From the NCBI GenBank assembly GCA_043799545.1, contig JAZDNO010000029.1, positions 20,668 through 84,667 of the forward strand: a DNA stretch of 64,000 bases, given 5' to 3'. The position numbers and the translations under genes are program-made. Within the stretch, counting starts at the first letter, position 1, and every line of letters begins with the position of its first letter. The notes under the pieces are model-generated. The model did not search any database. It saw only the letters and a program-made list of their open reading frames with translations, and was not told the origin of the DNA. Source of the stretch: Methanobacteriota archaeon (GTDB taxonomy: Archaea > Thermoplasmatota > Thermoplasmata > SG8-5 > DAIRED01). Shown here piece after piece: positions 17,601-26,329 of the stretch.

Positions 17601-20600
17601 GGTACACCATCATTGTCGTCATCAGAATCTCCGTTGTTCCCGATACCATCTTTGTCTGTATCAAGCCACTCCGTCGCGAACAACGGTAACTCGTCGTATT
17701 CCACACCTGCATCATAAATGCCATTGTTATTGTTCTCAGCGTCTCGGATGAGCCCGACTATGTGGTCTGGCACCCCGTCATTGTCGTCGTCCAAATCCTC
17801 CAAGAGCGGCGTTTCGACGAACCACCATGGGACTGATAAAAATACGTTCGGCATTCCGTCGCCATCGGTGTCCTCAGCTCCTGTTGGGTTCCAAGGAAAG
17901 GCGTCTTCAATGTCCAACACGCCATCGTTGTCATCATCCGCATCGCTGTTGTTCCCGATGCCGTCGAAATCCGTGTCCACCCACTCGGTCGGGTCGACCG
18001 GGAAGGCATCCGCCAAGTCTCCACACGGGTCACCGTCAGAGTTGTAGTTGACCGGGTTTGTGACATAGTTGTCCAGTCCCTTAACGGATTCCTCATAATC
18101 GCTCAGGCCATCTTCGTCCGAGTCGTCCTTGGTTGGATCCGAGCCTATTATCTTCTCTTCATCATCAAAAATACTATCCGAATCAGAGTCACTCATCCCA
18201 GGATTTGAAATGACCATGTATTCCAACGGCGATTCGTATCCTTCGATGATGGCATCCGTAATCCACCCAGACAGCTCTTCGCCATCAGACAGTTTGTCAC
18301 CATCACTGTACTCGGTCGTCGGATTCGTGATTAATATATCCACTGTCACGGAAAAATCGATTATATTGATATGCCCATACGACATCGTTGTAAACTTTAT
18401 CGGAATGAAAAGATTTTCATCTATGTTATCTCCTTGTGTGGCGATGTAGTGTTGTATGTCGTTCGTCATGTCGATGTTAAATAATGTAGATTCGTCTAAG
18501 TCGAAAACGAATGATCGGCTCTCGTCTGAACCTATATCTACGCCAAGCGTCAAAGGATATTTAAATCGTTTATAGTGGATATTTATCGGATCAAATCCGC
18601 AACTGAAACACCATATTACAACCACTCTACCGTCGATGCATGTGTCGACGCTCATCATGCCCCCAATGGTTCCACTCTCAGAGCAAATGATTTCAGGCTC
18701 CGACCAAACATTGTCGCCATACATTTGATAATAGTAATTCCATTCTGTCCCCGTTCGCCCCATCCACACAAGATGAATTTTTCCATCCTTATCAATTGCA
18801 ATCGATGGCATCCTGGATTCATCAAATTTACCGACCGGATTTAAAGGACTCCATCCGATTCTGTTCCAGGTCCGCTCGATTATACCGAACTGGTAACCCG
18901 TTAGCGGGTTAATATAGATGCCTCCCCAAAATAGATGCACATTATTATCGGGAGTGATCGAAATCGTTGGGTTTCGGCAATGACCTTTAAACCCAATTTG
19001 ATTATTTATCCACTCAGTATTGCTCCACATCGCCCCATCCAATCGTCGATAAAACAATTCATCACTTACTGACTGCAAAAACTCATTCCACGCGATATGC
19101 ACAACATTCATCGAATCCACGGCAATCGATGGATAACGCGAGATGGCGGAACCAGTACTAACGACCATCGTCGTCCCCCACGACAAACCGTTCCACTGTT
19201 TATAATATATATCGCAATCAGTGCCGCTGCCAGCATAGTTCGAGTTGTCGACCCATGCCACGTGGATGCCGTCGTTCTCATCAATCACCATCGCCACCAT
19301 ATTATCGGCCCAATATGAAGGAACCGAGTTCCCTTCGCTTTCCGTGCTTATTCGTTCGATTGGCAGCCAGACCATGCCATTCCAACATCTGTGGAATACG
19401 TCAATGTCGTTTCCCGAGTCCATGAAGTTGGATGTGTCGGCCCATACCACATGAATATTGTCATGTGAATCGGTCGCAATGACGGGATATGTTGGGTTTG
19501 CATCCAGATCCCCACCGTCCAGTCTTTCGACAGCGCTCCAGGCATCTCCCGTCCCAGATTTATAATATATTGTATTGATATAATTTGGATATTCTCCCGT
19601 TCGATGTGCCCACACAATGTGGGATATCCCTTGCGAGTCTGTTGTGATGCCTTGCCTCAGACCGACTGAATCGTTGGGAGCGTTGTCAGTAATTCTCGTG
19701 GAATCTGGCACCCATTGAAATTCGAGCTTCGTTCCTGAGACATACTCCAACGAGTTATCCGCTTGAGGAATATTCAAAGTTGGCATAGCTAGATCATTCC
19801 CATGAAAACTTATGACCGGGGTGGGCGAGGGCAATCCTTCGTATGTCAGCTCAGTTATTGTTTGTGTGGTCCGCCGGGCGACATTCAATTCTTCCCCGTC
19901 GCTCAAGCCGTCGCCATCGGTGTCACTTCTTACTGGGTTGGTTGTCAGAATTTCTACCCTCATTGAGAAATCCGATAGTTCAATTATTCCAGAGCAAGTC
20001 GCCGTCAAGGTTAATGGTATCCATATCAACCCATCTTCTCCACCCATATCGGCACCATCCTCACTTATTGTCAAAATATAATTTAATGCATTTGTAAGTC
20101 CTTCTTGGAAAACCCCATCATGATATTCCTCAATCTCAAAGTCATTGAAACCATCATCGCCAATGTCCAAGTAGCTTACTCCTCCGGTCTTGTCAACAAT
20201 ATGAAGACAAGCCTCGCTGATATATTCCATGGCAACAATATTATCTGGAACTGTTACGAAGACGACCTTGCTCTCTCCACTGTAAAAAAATAGGGTCGCA
20301 TCTTCCGTCTGTATTCCATCACTGATAAAACTATCCGTAGTTTGCGGATGGACACAGTTGATATTGAACTCCACTCCGTCTGATATACCATCGAAATCTG
20401 TATCATCGGATACCGGGTTCGTGTCGAATGCACCTAACAAGATGGACACGTATTCGATATCAATTGATCCCCGTCTTTCGGAGTGGAACACTAATGGGAT
20501 TGAAATATTCCAATCCTCATCAACTACGAGGTCCGGGTGGGATAATAAATATTCATTCATTGGAACAACGAGGTTAGGCGTGGTCACGGAACCTTTCACA

Positions 20601-23600
20601 GGGAAAATCTCACAATCCGAGACACCGTCATCACCGATGTCAATGGATATATCTGGATATCCAAGGGGGGCGTCGTAGCAGAATATCGAGCTTGCTTCGA
20701 GATTTGCAGCAACAAGTTCTGGATACCCATTATTATCCACGTCGAGAGTTGCGACCGTCTTCGTTGTACCACCTTCTAATGCCGGGATACAGATGAGTTC
20801 TGGTTCGAAAAACCCCCTCCCGATATTTCTATAAATCGAAATTCGCCCGTCCAATCCAGTTTGACCAGATACAACGACATCCACATATCCATCGCAATCA
20901 ATATCCGAACTGCATATGTCATAAGGCCAGCACGATAAATAGTAATCAACTTTCGGGGCGAAGGCCCCATCACCATTGTTTGCGAAAAGGGAAATCGACT
21001 TGAAACCGTCTGTTGACAAGCGATCAACATTGCATACCACAATGTCTTGGTCTCCATCTTTGTCGTAATCCACGTTAACACCCTTGAACGGGCTGGATCC
21101 GGACATATAATCTACAGGTGATGCAAACGTTCCATCGCCTACATTTTCGTAGTATGATACTGCATCCACCATGTAATCATGAACCACGATATCTGAGTCG
21201 CCGTCACTGTTGAAATCGTTGGTTGAGGTCAGTATTGGATACCAACCGGTCGTCTGCAATGCACAAACCATGCTAAATTGGCCCGCCCCATCATTCTCGA
21301 ACAGTTCTAGCAATCCATGCCCATATTTTGAACCCAACATAGAGCATATGATGTCAATATTTCCATCGTTGTTGAAATCGATAGTTCCAGCACTCAGGGA
21401 AGCTCCACCGCCTGGTTGCCCGAGCATTAGAACGGAAAATACGCCGTCTCCGTTATTTTGTAACCAACCGAATTTTCCTTCATTAAGTGATGCCACAATA
21501 TCATAATCACCATCTGTATCTATGTCTGCCAGACAAATATTATTAATAATATTATCCAGTTGACAAGAAACCGGTTCGTTGAATACCCCATTTCCGGCAT
21601 TAATATAGCAATCGATTCGTGTTTGGGAAACAGCAACAATATCGCTATCACCATCCCGATCAACATCAAACGTTTCAATATCCCCGCATGTTCCATCTCC
21701 TGGTGCCAGAAGTCTAGATCTTTCCACAAGATTCGTCCATCCCTGCGTTATTGCAGGAACCCCGGACAACTGTAATTTCGCATCTACCAGATAGTCCATA
21801 GATGCCATATAATCCGGAACGTCAATGAAAACTGTCTCCCCATTACCGCAATCATCAAAGGTTAATCGCTTTGTCGCTTGACCGTCTGAAAATGTATTTA
21901 TTGCTGCATACGGGGCTTTATCAAGATTCATTTCCTCCGCATCGTTCAATCCATCGATGTCACAATCGTTGCGAGTTGCTTCCGCAATTGCGAAGATACT
22001 GAAATGATTGGTGCGCCCCCAAACGTACATGTTGTTTATGTCAATAGATGTTGCTTCCCCTGCAGATTTGTTGCCCAGTACATGCCATCCTGTTTCAGAA
22101 TATGTGTAAAGACATAGGTATTTTTCGTAAACTCCGACCGGAAGCGAATTGGGATTGTATCTTATTTTTATCACTGCCTCGAATGAATCTACGCTCGTTG
22201 TAGATATATTGAAACAATGCCCGATACCACATTCAAGCCCTACCGGGATGTTATCAGCCAGACTCACCGTCGGTTGAGTCGTCGATTCAACAGTGTAATC
22301 GACAGCCAATGTCACGCCTAGCGTGTCATTTGTGATAACGACATCGGAACTGAAATCATTCCCAAAAGATATGTCGAAGGCTAAAATATTATCATCTATC
22401 GAATCCGGGATGAAGTCGCCATCCAAATCCGGCATCAAGTTGATTGACTCCCCCTCTGACCATGTGATTGATATTTTTCCATTAAATACTACCATGTTCA
22501 AAGAGAGCGCGTTGACAGACGAATCGGGGATAGCGCCACCGATTCGTGGGGTCGCCCAAGAACCGTTACCTCCGGAGTACCATAATTCATCAATACCATT
22601 CACTTCATCTTGTATCCATGTGACATACATGATGCCCGTCGCGACATCCATCGATATTTGTGGTTGGCATACGTCCACCGATGCATGACTCAAAAGGACG
22701 CCCTCTGAGTTTATTTTCAATGTGACGACAGCGCCGACCCCACCCTCGTCAGTGTATGAAATTGCATAAACGTCACGCCCAATCGCAATTATATCGGGGC
22801 TCCTGCATTCCTCTGTGCTGAACGTGAGTAGTTCTCCTTCAGGACTGGAAATCGTACCGTCGGAGAGTACCTGGACAGTTTTCAGATATCCATCGCCATC
22901 AATCCCAGAATACGAAATCGCAAAGATGTCACCAGAAACCCTAATCATCTCCGGGAAACGCCCCCTCTCCGTGTCGAACACGTAAGAATCGATAACAGTA
23001 TCAGAAATGCAACCATCGGCAGATATCCGTATTGTTTTTAAACACCCATCATTGCCTGGGCCAGTGTATGCTATCGCATAAACACCATCAAATACATAGC
23101 TTACGTCGGGAGTTAAACCAGTCAAACAATCAAACTCTAGTATATCTATCGCAGAATTCGATATATTGCCCTCTTCGCTGATTGTGTATGTCTGGATATA
23201 TCCTTTAGAATTAAAATCAGAAAATGCGATCGCAAATGTGCTCCTGCCTATTGGTATGATATCTGGCGTATTGTAATTCTTCGTGTAATACACCATTGTA
23301 TCTATACCCGTAGTGGCTATCGTGCCGTTGCTGGCAATCCCTATGGTCTTCACGTAGCCGTCGTTGTTCGCGCCCTCGTAGGCTATTGCGAATACCTCGT
23401 CCGCCGTGGGTATTATCTCCGGGTTGTTGCAGATGCCGTGGTCGAAGACATAGGAATCCACCAGAGGCCCCGCTATGCTGCCGTTGTCCGCTATTCCCAG
23501 CGTGACCAGCTTGCCGTCGTTGCATATCGTGCTGTAGGCTATCGCGTAGACGCCGTCGCCCGCGCGGACGATGTCCGGCACCTTGCATATGCCAGTCTCG

Positions 23601-24004
23601 AACTTGAACCAATCTATCATCGCGGCAGATATATCCCCGCCCGGGCTTATGCCCACGGTCTTGATTATCCCGTCGTTGGAGGCGCTCCTGTAGACGACTG
23701 CGTAAACGTCACCGCTTATCGGGATTATCTCTGATTCCACTCCCCTATTGGTGTCGATTTCCAGCCTGTCCAGGACACTGTTGTTCGAGATGTCGGTGTA
23801 GTTGTCGTGGAGATTGTCGTCGTAGAACACCTGATAAACGCCGTTCACCTTCTCTCTCCAGACCTTGCGCTCGTACCCGTTCTGATCGATGAAAACGTCC
23901 ACCTGCTTCTCATAGTCGTCCTCGTAAGCAAAGACGTTCTGGAATGCGGTCACGCACATCACGCTCACGCACAACAGCGCCAGCCATTTTGTTAAAACGC
24001 TCAT
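14606..24004 (-). CDS. Giant secreted multidomain protein (7-blade repeat, PGF-pre-PGF-like, FG-GAP/VCBS, second propeller, TSP3-like Ca-binding repeats, C2-like) with C-terminal clan CD (caspase/legumain-fold) cysteine peptidase
   Basis: 3132-aa ORF; signal peptide; TNHFSIFAI; DFNNDGNIDI repeats; DAFPLD.TEWLDTDGDG repeats; C-terminal RYALIIGA, VIGHSG (His) and METCSSG (Cys). Confidence 0.85.
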   Translation of the reverse strand: MSVLTKWLALLCVSVMCVTAFQNVFAYEDDYEKQVDVFIDQNGYERKVWREKVNGVYQVFYDDNLHDNYTDISNNSVLDRLEIDTNRGVESEIIPISGDVYAVVYRSASNDGIIKTVGISPGGDISAAMIDWFKFETGICKVPDIVRAGDGVYAIAYSTICNDGKLVTLGIADNGSIAGPLVDSYVFDHGICNNPEIIPTADEVFAIAYEGANNDGYVKTIGIASNGTIATTGIDTMVYYTKNYNTPDIIPIGRSTFAIAFSDFNSKGYIQTYTISEEGNISNSAIDILEFDCLTGLTPDVSYVFDGVYAIAYTGPGNDGCLKTIRISADGCISDTVIDSYVFDTERGRFPEMIRVSGDIFAISYSGIDGDGYLKTVQVLSDGTISSPEGELLTFSTEECRSPDIIAIGRDVYAISYTDEGGVGAVVTLKINSEGVLLSHASVDVCQPQISMDVATGIMYVTWIQDEVNGIDELWYSGGNGSWATPRIGGAIPDSSVNALSLNMVVFNGKISITWSEGESINLMPDLDGDFIPDSIDDNILAFDISFGNDFSSDVVITNDTLGVTLAVDYTVESTTQPTVSLADNIPVGLECGIGHCFNISTTSVDSFEAVIKIRYNPNSLPVGVYEKYLCLYTYSETGWHVLGNKSAGEATSIDINNMYVWGRTNHFSIFAIAEATRNDCDIDGLNDAEEMNLDKAPYAAINTFSDGQATKRLTFDDCGNGETVFIDVPDYMASMDYLVDAKLQLSGVPAITQGWTNLVERSRLLAPGDGTCGDIETFDVDRDGDSDIVAVSQTRIDCYINAGNGVFNEPVSCQLDNIINNICLADIDTDGDYDIVASLNEGKFGWLQNNGDGVFSVLMLGQPGGGASLSAGTIDFNNDGNIDIICSMLGSKYGHGLLELFENDGAGQFSMVCALQTTGWYPILTSTNDFNSDGDSDIVVHDYMVDAVSYYENVGDGTFASPVDYMSGSSPFKGVNVDYDKDGDQDIVVCNVDRLSTDGFKSISLFANNGDGAFAPKVDYYLSCWPYDICSSDIDCDGYVDVVVSGQTGLDGRISIYRNIGRGFFEPELICIPALEGGTTKTVATLDVDNNGYPELVAANLEASSIFCYDAPLGYPDISIDIGDDGVSDCEIFPVKGSVTTPNLVVPMNEYLLSHPDLVVDEDWNISIPLVFHSERRGSIDIEYVSILLGAFDTNPVSDDTDFDGISDGVEFNINCVHPQTTDSFISDGIQTEDATLFFYSGESKVVFVTVPDNIVAMEYISEACLHIVDKTGGVSYLDIGDDGFNDFEIEEYHDGVFQEGLTNALNYILTISEDGADMGGEDGLIWIPLTLTATCSGIIELSDFSMRVEILTTNPVRSDTDGDGLSDGEELNVARRTTQTITELTYEGLPSPTPVISFHGNDLAMPTLNIPQADNSLEYVSGTKLEFQWVPDSTRITDNAPNDSVGLRQGITTDSQGISHIVWAHRTGEYPNYINTIYYKSGTGDAWSAVERLDGGDLDANPTYPVIATDSHDNIHVVWADTSNFMDSGNDIDVFHRCWNGMVWLPIERISTESEGNSVPSYWADNMVAMVIDENDGIHVAWVDNSNYAGSGTDCDIYYKQWNGLSWGTTMVVSTGSAISRYPSIAVDSMNVVHIAWNEFLQSVSDELFYRRLDGAMWSNTEWINNQIGFKGHCRNPTISITPDNNVHLFWGGIYINPLTGYQFGIIERTWNRIGWSPLNPVGKFDESRMPSIAIDKDGKIHLVWMGRTGTEWNYYYQMYGDNVWSEPEIICSESGTIGGMMSVDTCIDGRVVVIWCFSCGFDPINIHYKRFKYPLTLGVDIGSDESRSFVFDLDESTLFNIDMTNDIQHYIATQGDNIDENLFIPIKFTTMSYGHINIIDFSVTVDILITNPTTEYSDGDKLSDGEELSGWITDAIIEGYESPLEYMVISNPGMSDSDSDSIFDDEEKIIGSDPTKDDSDEDGLSDYEESVKGLDNYVTNPVNYNSDGDPCGDLADAFPVDPTEWVDTDFDGIGNNSDADDDNDGVLDIEDAFPWNPTGAEDTDGDGMPNVFLSVPWWFVETPLLEDLDDDNDGVPDHIVGLIRDAENNNNGIYDAGVEYDELPLFATEWLDTDKDGIGNNGDSDDDNDGVPDVEEDPPEFSRNPLESRNTDGDFKPDGITPLGDNEDQDDDNDGVLDDADAFSRNPRAWADTDGDGQPDEVYVEPFSNWYKPSPPMLVLDLDDDNDGVLDIQEKLEWRLNPTGAIDTDGDNKPDVAFSKPSWFSGTVLTADHDDDNDGHFDTSDAFPLDSTEWLDTDGDGTGNNADADDDGDGLLDCDEARYGTGVLIADSDRDGLMDGFEVKGWNVSIEFNNKLGIDNTYHIRSDPLRKNTDTDALNDYWEYQYKTDPGNADSDGDGLADGDELIDAFGGGWMVKGLDNDADGVKNGPTDWDSYGDGLSDKERFVIRGENGDAVVPFPAADYDKDYDRDGLTNIYEWTTDYRPGLVGVQGTSWLTPDTDSDGFWDGGPVTLPEVVRTVPVYSSTGTVFYIGSVKVAKHCSPETYRGENPDGDIVVDLAEGETDPLNHDMDLDGAPDGYDVDPITDLELTVKITEILALDKVDPDGSYAGDFYLKVFIDEMMYGQNKDDGRDNTKDPNGANWKNADGVTNWDDDAHKTPNEIGSRFTFPSSGLSDWVTNNPIEVIIVLYDDDQGHSPPDGDDVCDVGGAWPYASMWYDLKTGQWSGDDTLGDANGYGHVSGDEDGSWGTTYDEDDCDLWFDIKQNDNDDDGLTYWEEVKERQPGQPAYNTNPIEFTNIDIDGDGLDGNSERIYGTRPDIADSDGDRMSDLYEVNAIAGGLGWQDPAIYNGRYALIIGANTGPAYNYANIWNDIVRWYDLLIEDYSYQKRDIEVFYADGSAISTSNCYNSQWPADDDNNNDGIPDAAILVNEHQHMVDAPSSCAAITGAFIRLSNVMGPHDFLFTIVIGHSGDNQWGNCVIKLWGGDSGETIDEDEFAGSSYVGKLNNYERMVILMETCSSGRFIDELSSPKRIVYTSADSDEDAYGVNTVADSKWFFNYNFRNALVPLSGDITTGAISCNPSVDINGNGIISLYEAYICGESAAIAWQTPQRASPLFDTVSIDMFTYL
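15480..18330 (-). repeat. Asp-rich TSP3-like / DxDxDG calcium-binding repeat tract
   Basis: Many DTDGDG, DDDNDGVPD and DSDGDGLSDGEE units. Confidence 0.85.
22700..23790 (-). repeat. Seven ~52-aa tandem protein repeats (predicted 7-bladed beta-propeller)
   Basis: Consensus ID..xFD...G..PDII.x..DVYAIAY.G..NDG.xKTx.I...G.I read directly in the translation. Confidence 0.8.
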
Positions 24005-24293
24005 CTCAGGTCAACCCCTCTACCACTCTCAGAACGACAATGCAATATTTAATAATAAAGATAATGAGATTGTGTATATACTTCTTTATTCAAATAATAT
24101 TCTTCGATTAGATATATACATGCGCATTGTAAATGCGCCTACATAACTATTGGAATATACCGAATGCAAAAATACCTAGTTTATGGATTTGAGCCAGACC
24201 GTAAAAGTTCAGATTTCTGATATAAATATAAAAGAATGCGCTCAATATATACTTAAATTAGTTATTAGCCAGATAGAAAAATGATCGACTTAG

Positions 24294-24493
24294 CGGTATT
24301 ATCCGAAGGCACTAGGTTTGATGAGATACATTGATCCAGACGATGCGCCGTTCATCGCTCTCGCATTATCTTTTGACAACGATGGCATATGGACTAACGA
24401 TTCCCATTTTAACAACAGAACCAGTTGAGAATCTGGAATACGAAAGACTTGATCGAAGAATTGCGCGGGATGGAAGAAGAATCGCATTTGTGA
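24294..24493 (+). pseudogene. Truncated, frameshifted PIN-domain toxin remnant
   Basis: Manual translation IDPDDAPFIALALSFDNDGIWTNDSHF, then after a frameshift QQNQLRIWNTKDLIEEL. No intact N-terminus. The track lists only the antisense ORF. Confidence 0.72.
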
Positions 24494-24564
24494 GTCAAAA
24501 GAAATGAAGGGACTTGCACAGAGCGCTCGTCACGTTAATCTACTCATTGGGCATTTAGGGGACG

Positions 24565-25287
24565 ATGAAAGTCGTGGAAATGGTCCGCCTCCAGAAGTTC
24601 CTCGCCGATTCCGGCGTAGCCTCCAGGCGCGCGGCCGAAGAGCTAATCCTCGCGGGGCGGGTCATGGTGAACGGCAAGCTGGCCGCCAAGCTCGGCACGA
24701 AGGTCGACCCTGCGAGGGACTCGGTGAAGGTCGACGGCAAGCTGATACGGAAGCGCGTGGCGAAGCTATACGTTCTCCTGAACAAACCCGCCGGGTACGT
24801 GACCTCGACCGAGGAGTCCGAGGGCGCGCCGGTCGTCACTTCCCTCATGCCAGCGCACTTCGGCAGGCTCTTCCCAGTCGGTCGCCTCGACCTAAACTCC
24901 GAGGGTCTATTGATAATGACCAACGACGGAGAGCTGGCGCAGCAAATATCCCACCCCAGGAACAGGGTCGTGAAGACCTACGAGGTGAAGGTGAGGGGGC
25001 GCGTGGACGAAACGGTCTTGGAGTCCATGAAGCACGGCGTGTTCTCCGAAGGCGAGCGCCTGGTCCCGCTAGGGCTGAGGCGCGCGAAGCCCTTGTCCGG
25101 CGGCGCCTGGCTGGAGTTCAGGCTCGTCGGGGGTAAGAACAGGGAAATCCGCAGGATTTGCGAGACGATGTCCCTGCGCGTCGGAAGGCTGAGGAGAATC
25201 TCAATAGGCCGGCTACGACTGGGCTGGCTCGCGCCGGGCGAATGGCGGCTCGTGTCGCGGGACGAAATCGTGGCCGCGCTGAGATGA
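24565..25287 (+). CDS. rluB: RsuA/RluB-family rRNA pseudouridine synthase (S4 domain plus catalytic domain)
   Basis: RLQKFLADSGVASRRAAEELI..GRV.VNG, LNKPAG, FPVGRLD..SEGLL.MTNDG, KTYEV, GKNREIRR. Confidence 0.88.
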   Translation: MKVVEMVRLQKFLADSGVASRRAAEELILAGRVMVNGKLAAKLGTKVDPARDSVKVDGKLIRKRVAKLYVLLNKPAGYVTSTEESEGAPVVTSLMPAHFGRLFPVGRLDLNSEGLLIMTNDGELAQQISHPRNRVVKTYEVKVRGRVDETVLESMKHGVFSEGERLVPLGLRRAKPLSGGAWLEFRLVGGKNREIRRICETMSLRVGRLRRISIGRLRLGWLAPGEWRLVSRDEIVAALR

Positions 25288-25293
25288 TTTTTC

Positions 25294-26235
25294 TCATCTG
25301 AGCAGCTGGCGCCAGAGGTTCGCCATCCACGCGAGCCCGTGGGTCCTCTCGACGCCCATGACCTCGTTCCACATCTTGCGCCCCCTGTGGCGGACGAGCC
25401 CCTCGCCTATGGCCCCGGCAACGAGGGGGAGCGGTGTCGAGGCGTACAGAGCGGAGCCTGCGAGCGCGATGGCCTTGTTGTGGCTGCGCATCTGATAAAT
25501 CCTTCCGAGCGGGTCGTCTTTGACCCTGTCCTCGTCCGGAGTCAATATCTTGCGCGAGACCTCGTGCGCGACCTCGACGCTCCAGCCGATGTAATCGCCC
25601 AGGGTGTTCGCGTCCCCGCATGGCTGGGTTCGGCCCCACTTGACCGCCTTGAAGAGCTCCTCCGGGTCGTCGCCCGAAAAGGTCGTCCAGGCGTTCCCCA
25701 GCGTCAGGGAGGTGTGCGCGTCGCTGCTGCCCACGCGGGCGCAGCCGGAACCGCATTGCAGTCCAGCAATCTTGTTGACGTAATGGTCCCTGTGGCCCGC
25801 GTTGAGTATCTCCACCCCGTCGAGCGGAAGGCTGGAAATCTTCCCCCCTAGGCTCGGGCACTGGTAGCTGAAAGGGTGGGGCGCTATCGCCAGCCCTCCT
25901 TGCCCGTGTATCAGGTCGATTGTCTCCCACGCCGAGAGGCCTCTGGGTATGAAATCCTCTATGAATAGCCCCAGTATCTCGCCGTCGAGGGTGGAAACCT
26001 CCTCGCCGACGACGACACGGATGTCGAGCCCGCTGCCTGAAGCGTATGAACGGGCGATGTGGGCTCCTTTAACTGAGTTGTGGTCTGTGATGCAGAGGAC
26101 GTCCAGTCCCGCCTTGGCAGCGGTGTCTACCATGGCCGAAGGAGGGGTGACGGATTCCGGGAACGGCACGAAGCCGACCCTGTTGAAACCCGAGTGGTTG
26201 GTGTGGCAGTGGATGTCCGCGCGGCCCATGTTCAT
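25294..26235 (-). CDS. PHP-domain metal-dependent phosphoesterase
   Basis: DIHCHT, ITDHN, GEEVST..GEILG, IAPHP, GSSDAH. Confidence 0.88.
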   Translation of the reverse strand: MNMGRADIHCHTNHSGFNRVGFVPFPESVTPPSAMVDTAAKAGLDVLCITDHNSVKGAHIARSYASGSGLDIRVVVGEEVSTLDGEILGLFIEDFIPRGLSAWETIDLIHGQGGLAIAPHPFSYQCPSLGGKISSLPLDGVEILNAGHRDHYVNKIAGLQCGSGCARVGSSDAHTSLTLGNAWTTFSGDDPEELFKAVKWGRTQPCGDANTLGDYIGWSVEVAHEVSRKILTPDEDRVKDDPLGRIYQMRSHNKAIALAGSALYASTPLPLVAGAIGEGLVRHRGRKMWNEVMGVERTHGLAWMANLWRQLLR

Positions 26236-26329
26236 GGCAAAGCCCTCATCCTCTATATTGATTTCCGCTAGAGGTACATTCTTCCCGCACTCAGCGCCAT
26301 TTATTACCTAGGAGGGTTTCACGCGCCCC

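Larger units (their letters stand above)
10100..24500. mobile_element. AT-rich/mosaic accessory island (TA module, small ORFs, cassette array, giant secreted peptidase, PIN remnant)
   Basis: Abrupt drop in GC after xpd and return before the pseudouridine synthase; TA genes or remnants at both ends; pseudogenes inside. No integrase or att duplication seen. Confidence 0.6.

Noticed and set aside
15480-18330. Periodic GACGAC/GTCGTC-rich DNA as a non-coding repeat array
   Set aside because: Explained by coding Asp-rich TSP3-like repeats.
24299-24487. 62-aa minus-strand ORF
   Set aside because: Antisense of the plus-strand PIN remnant.
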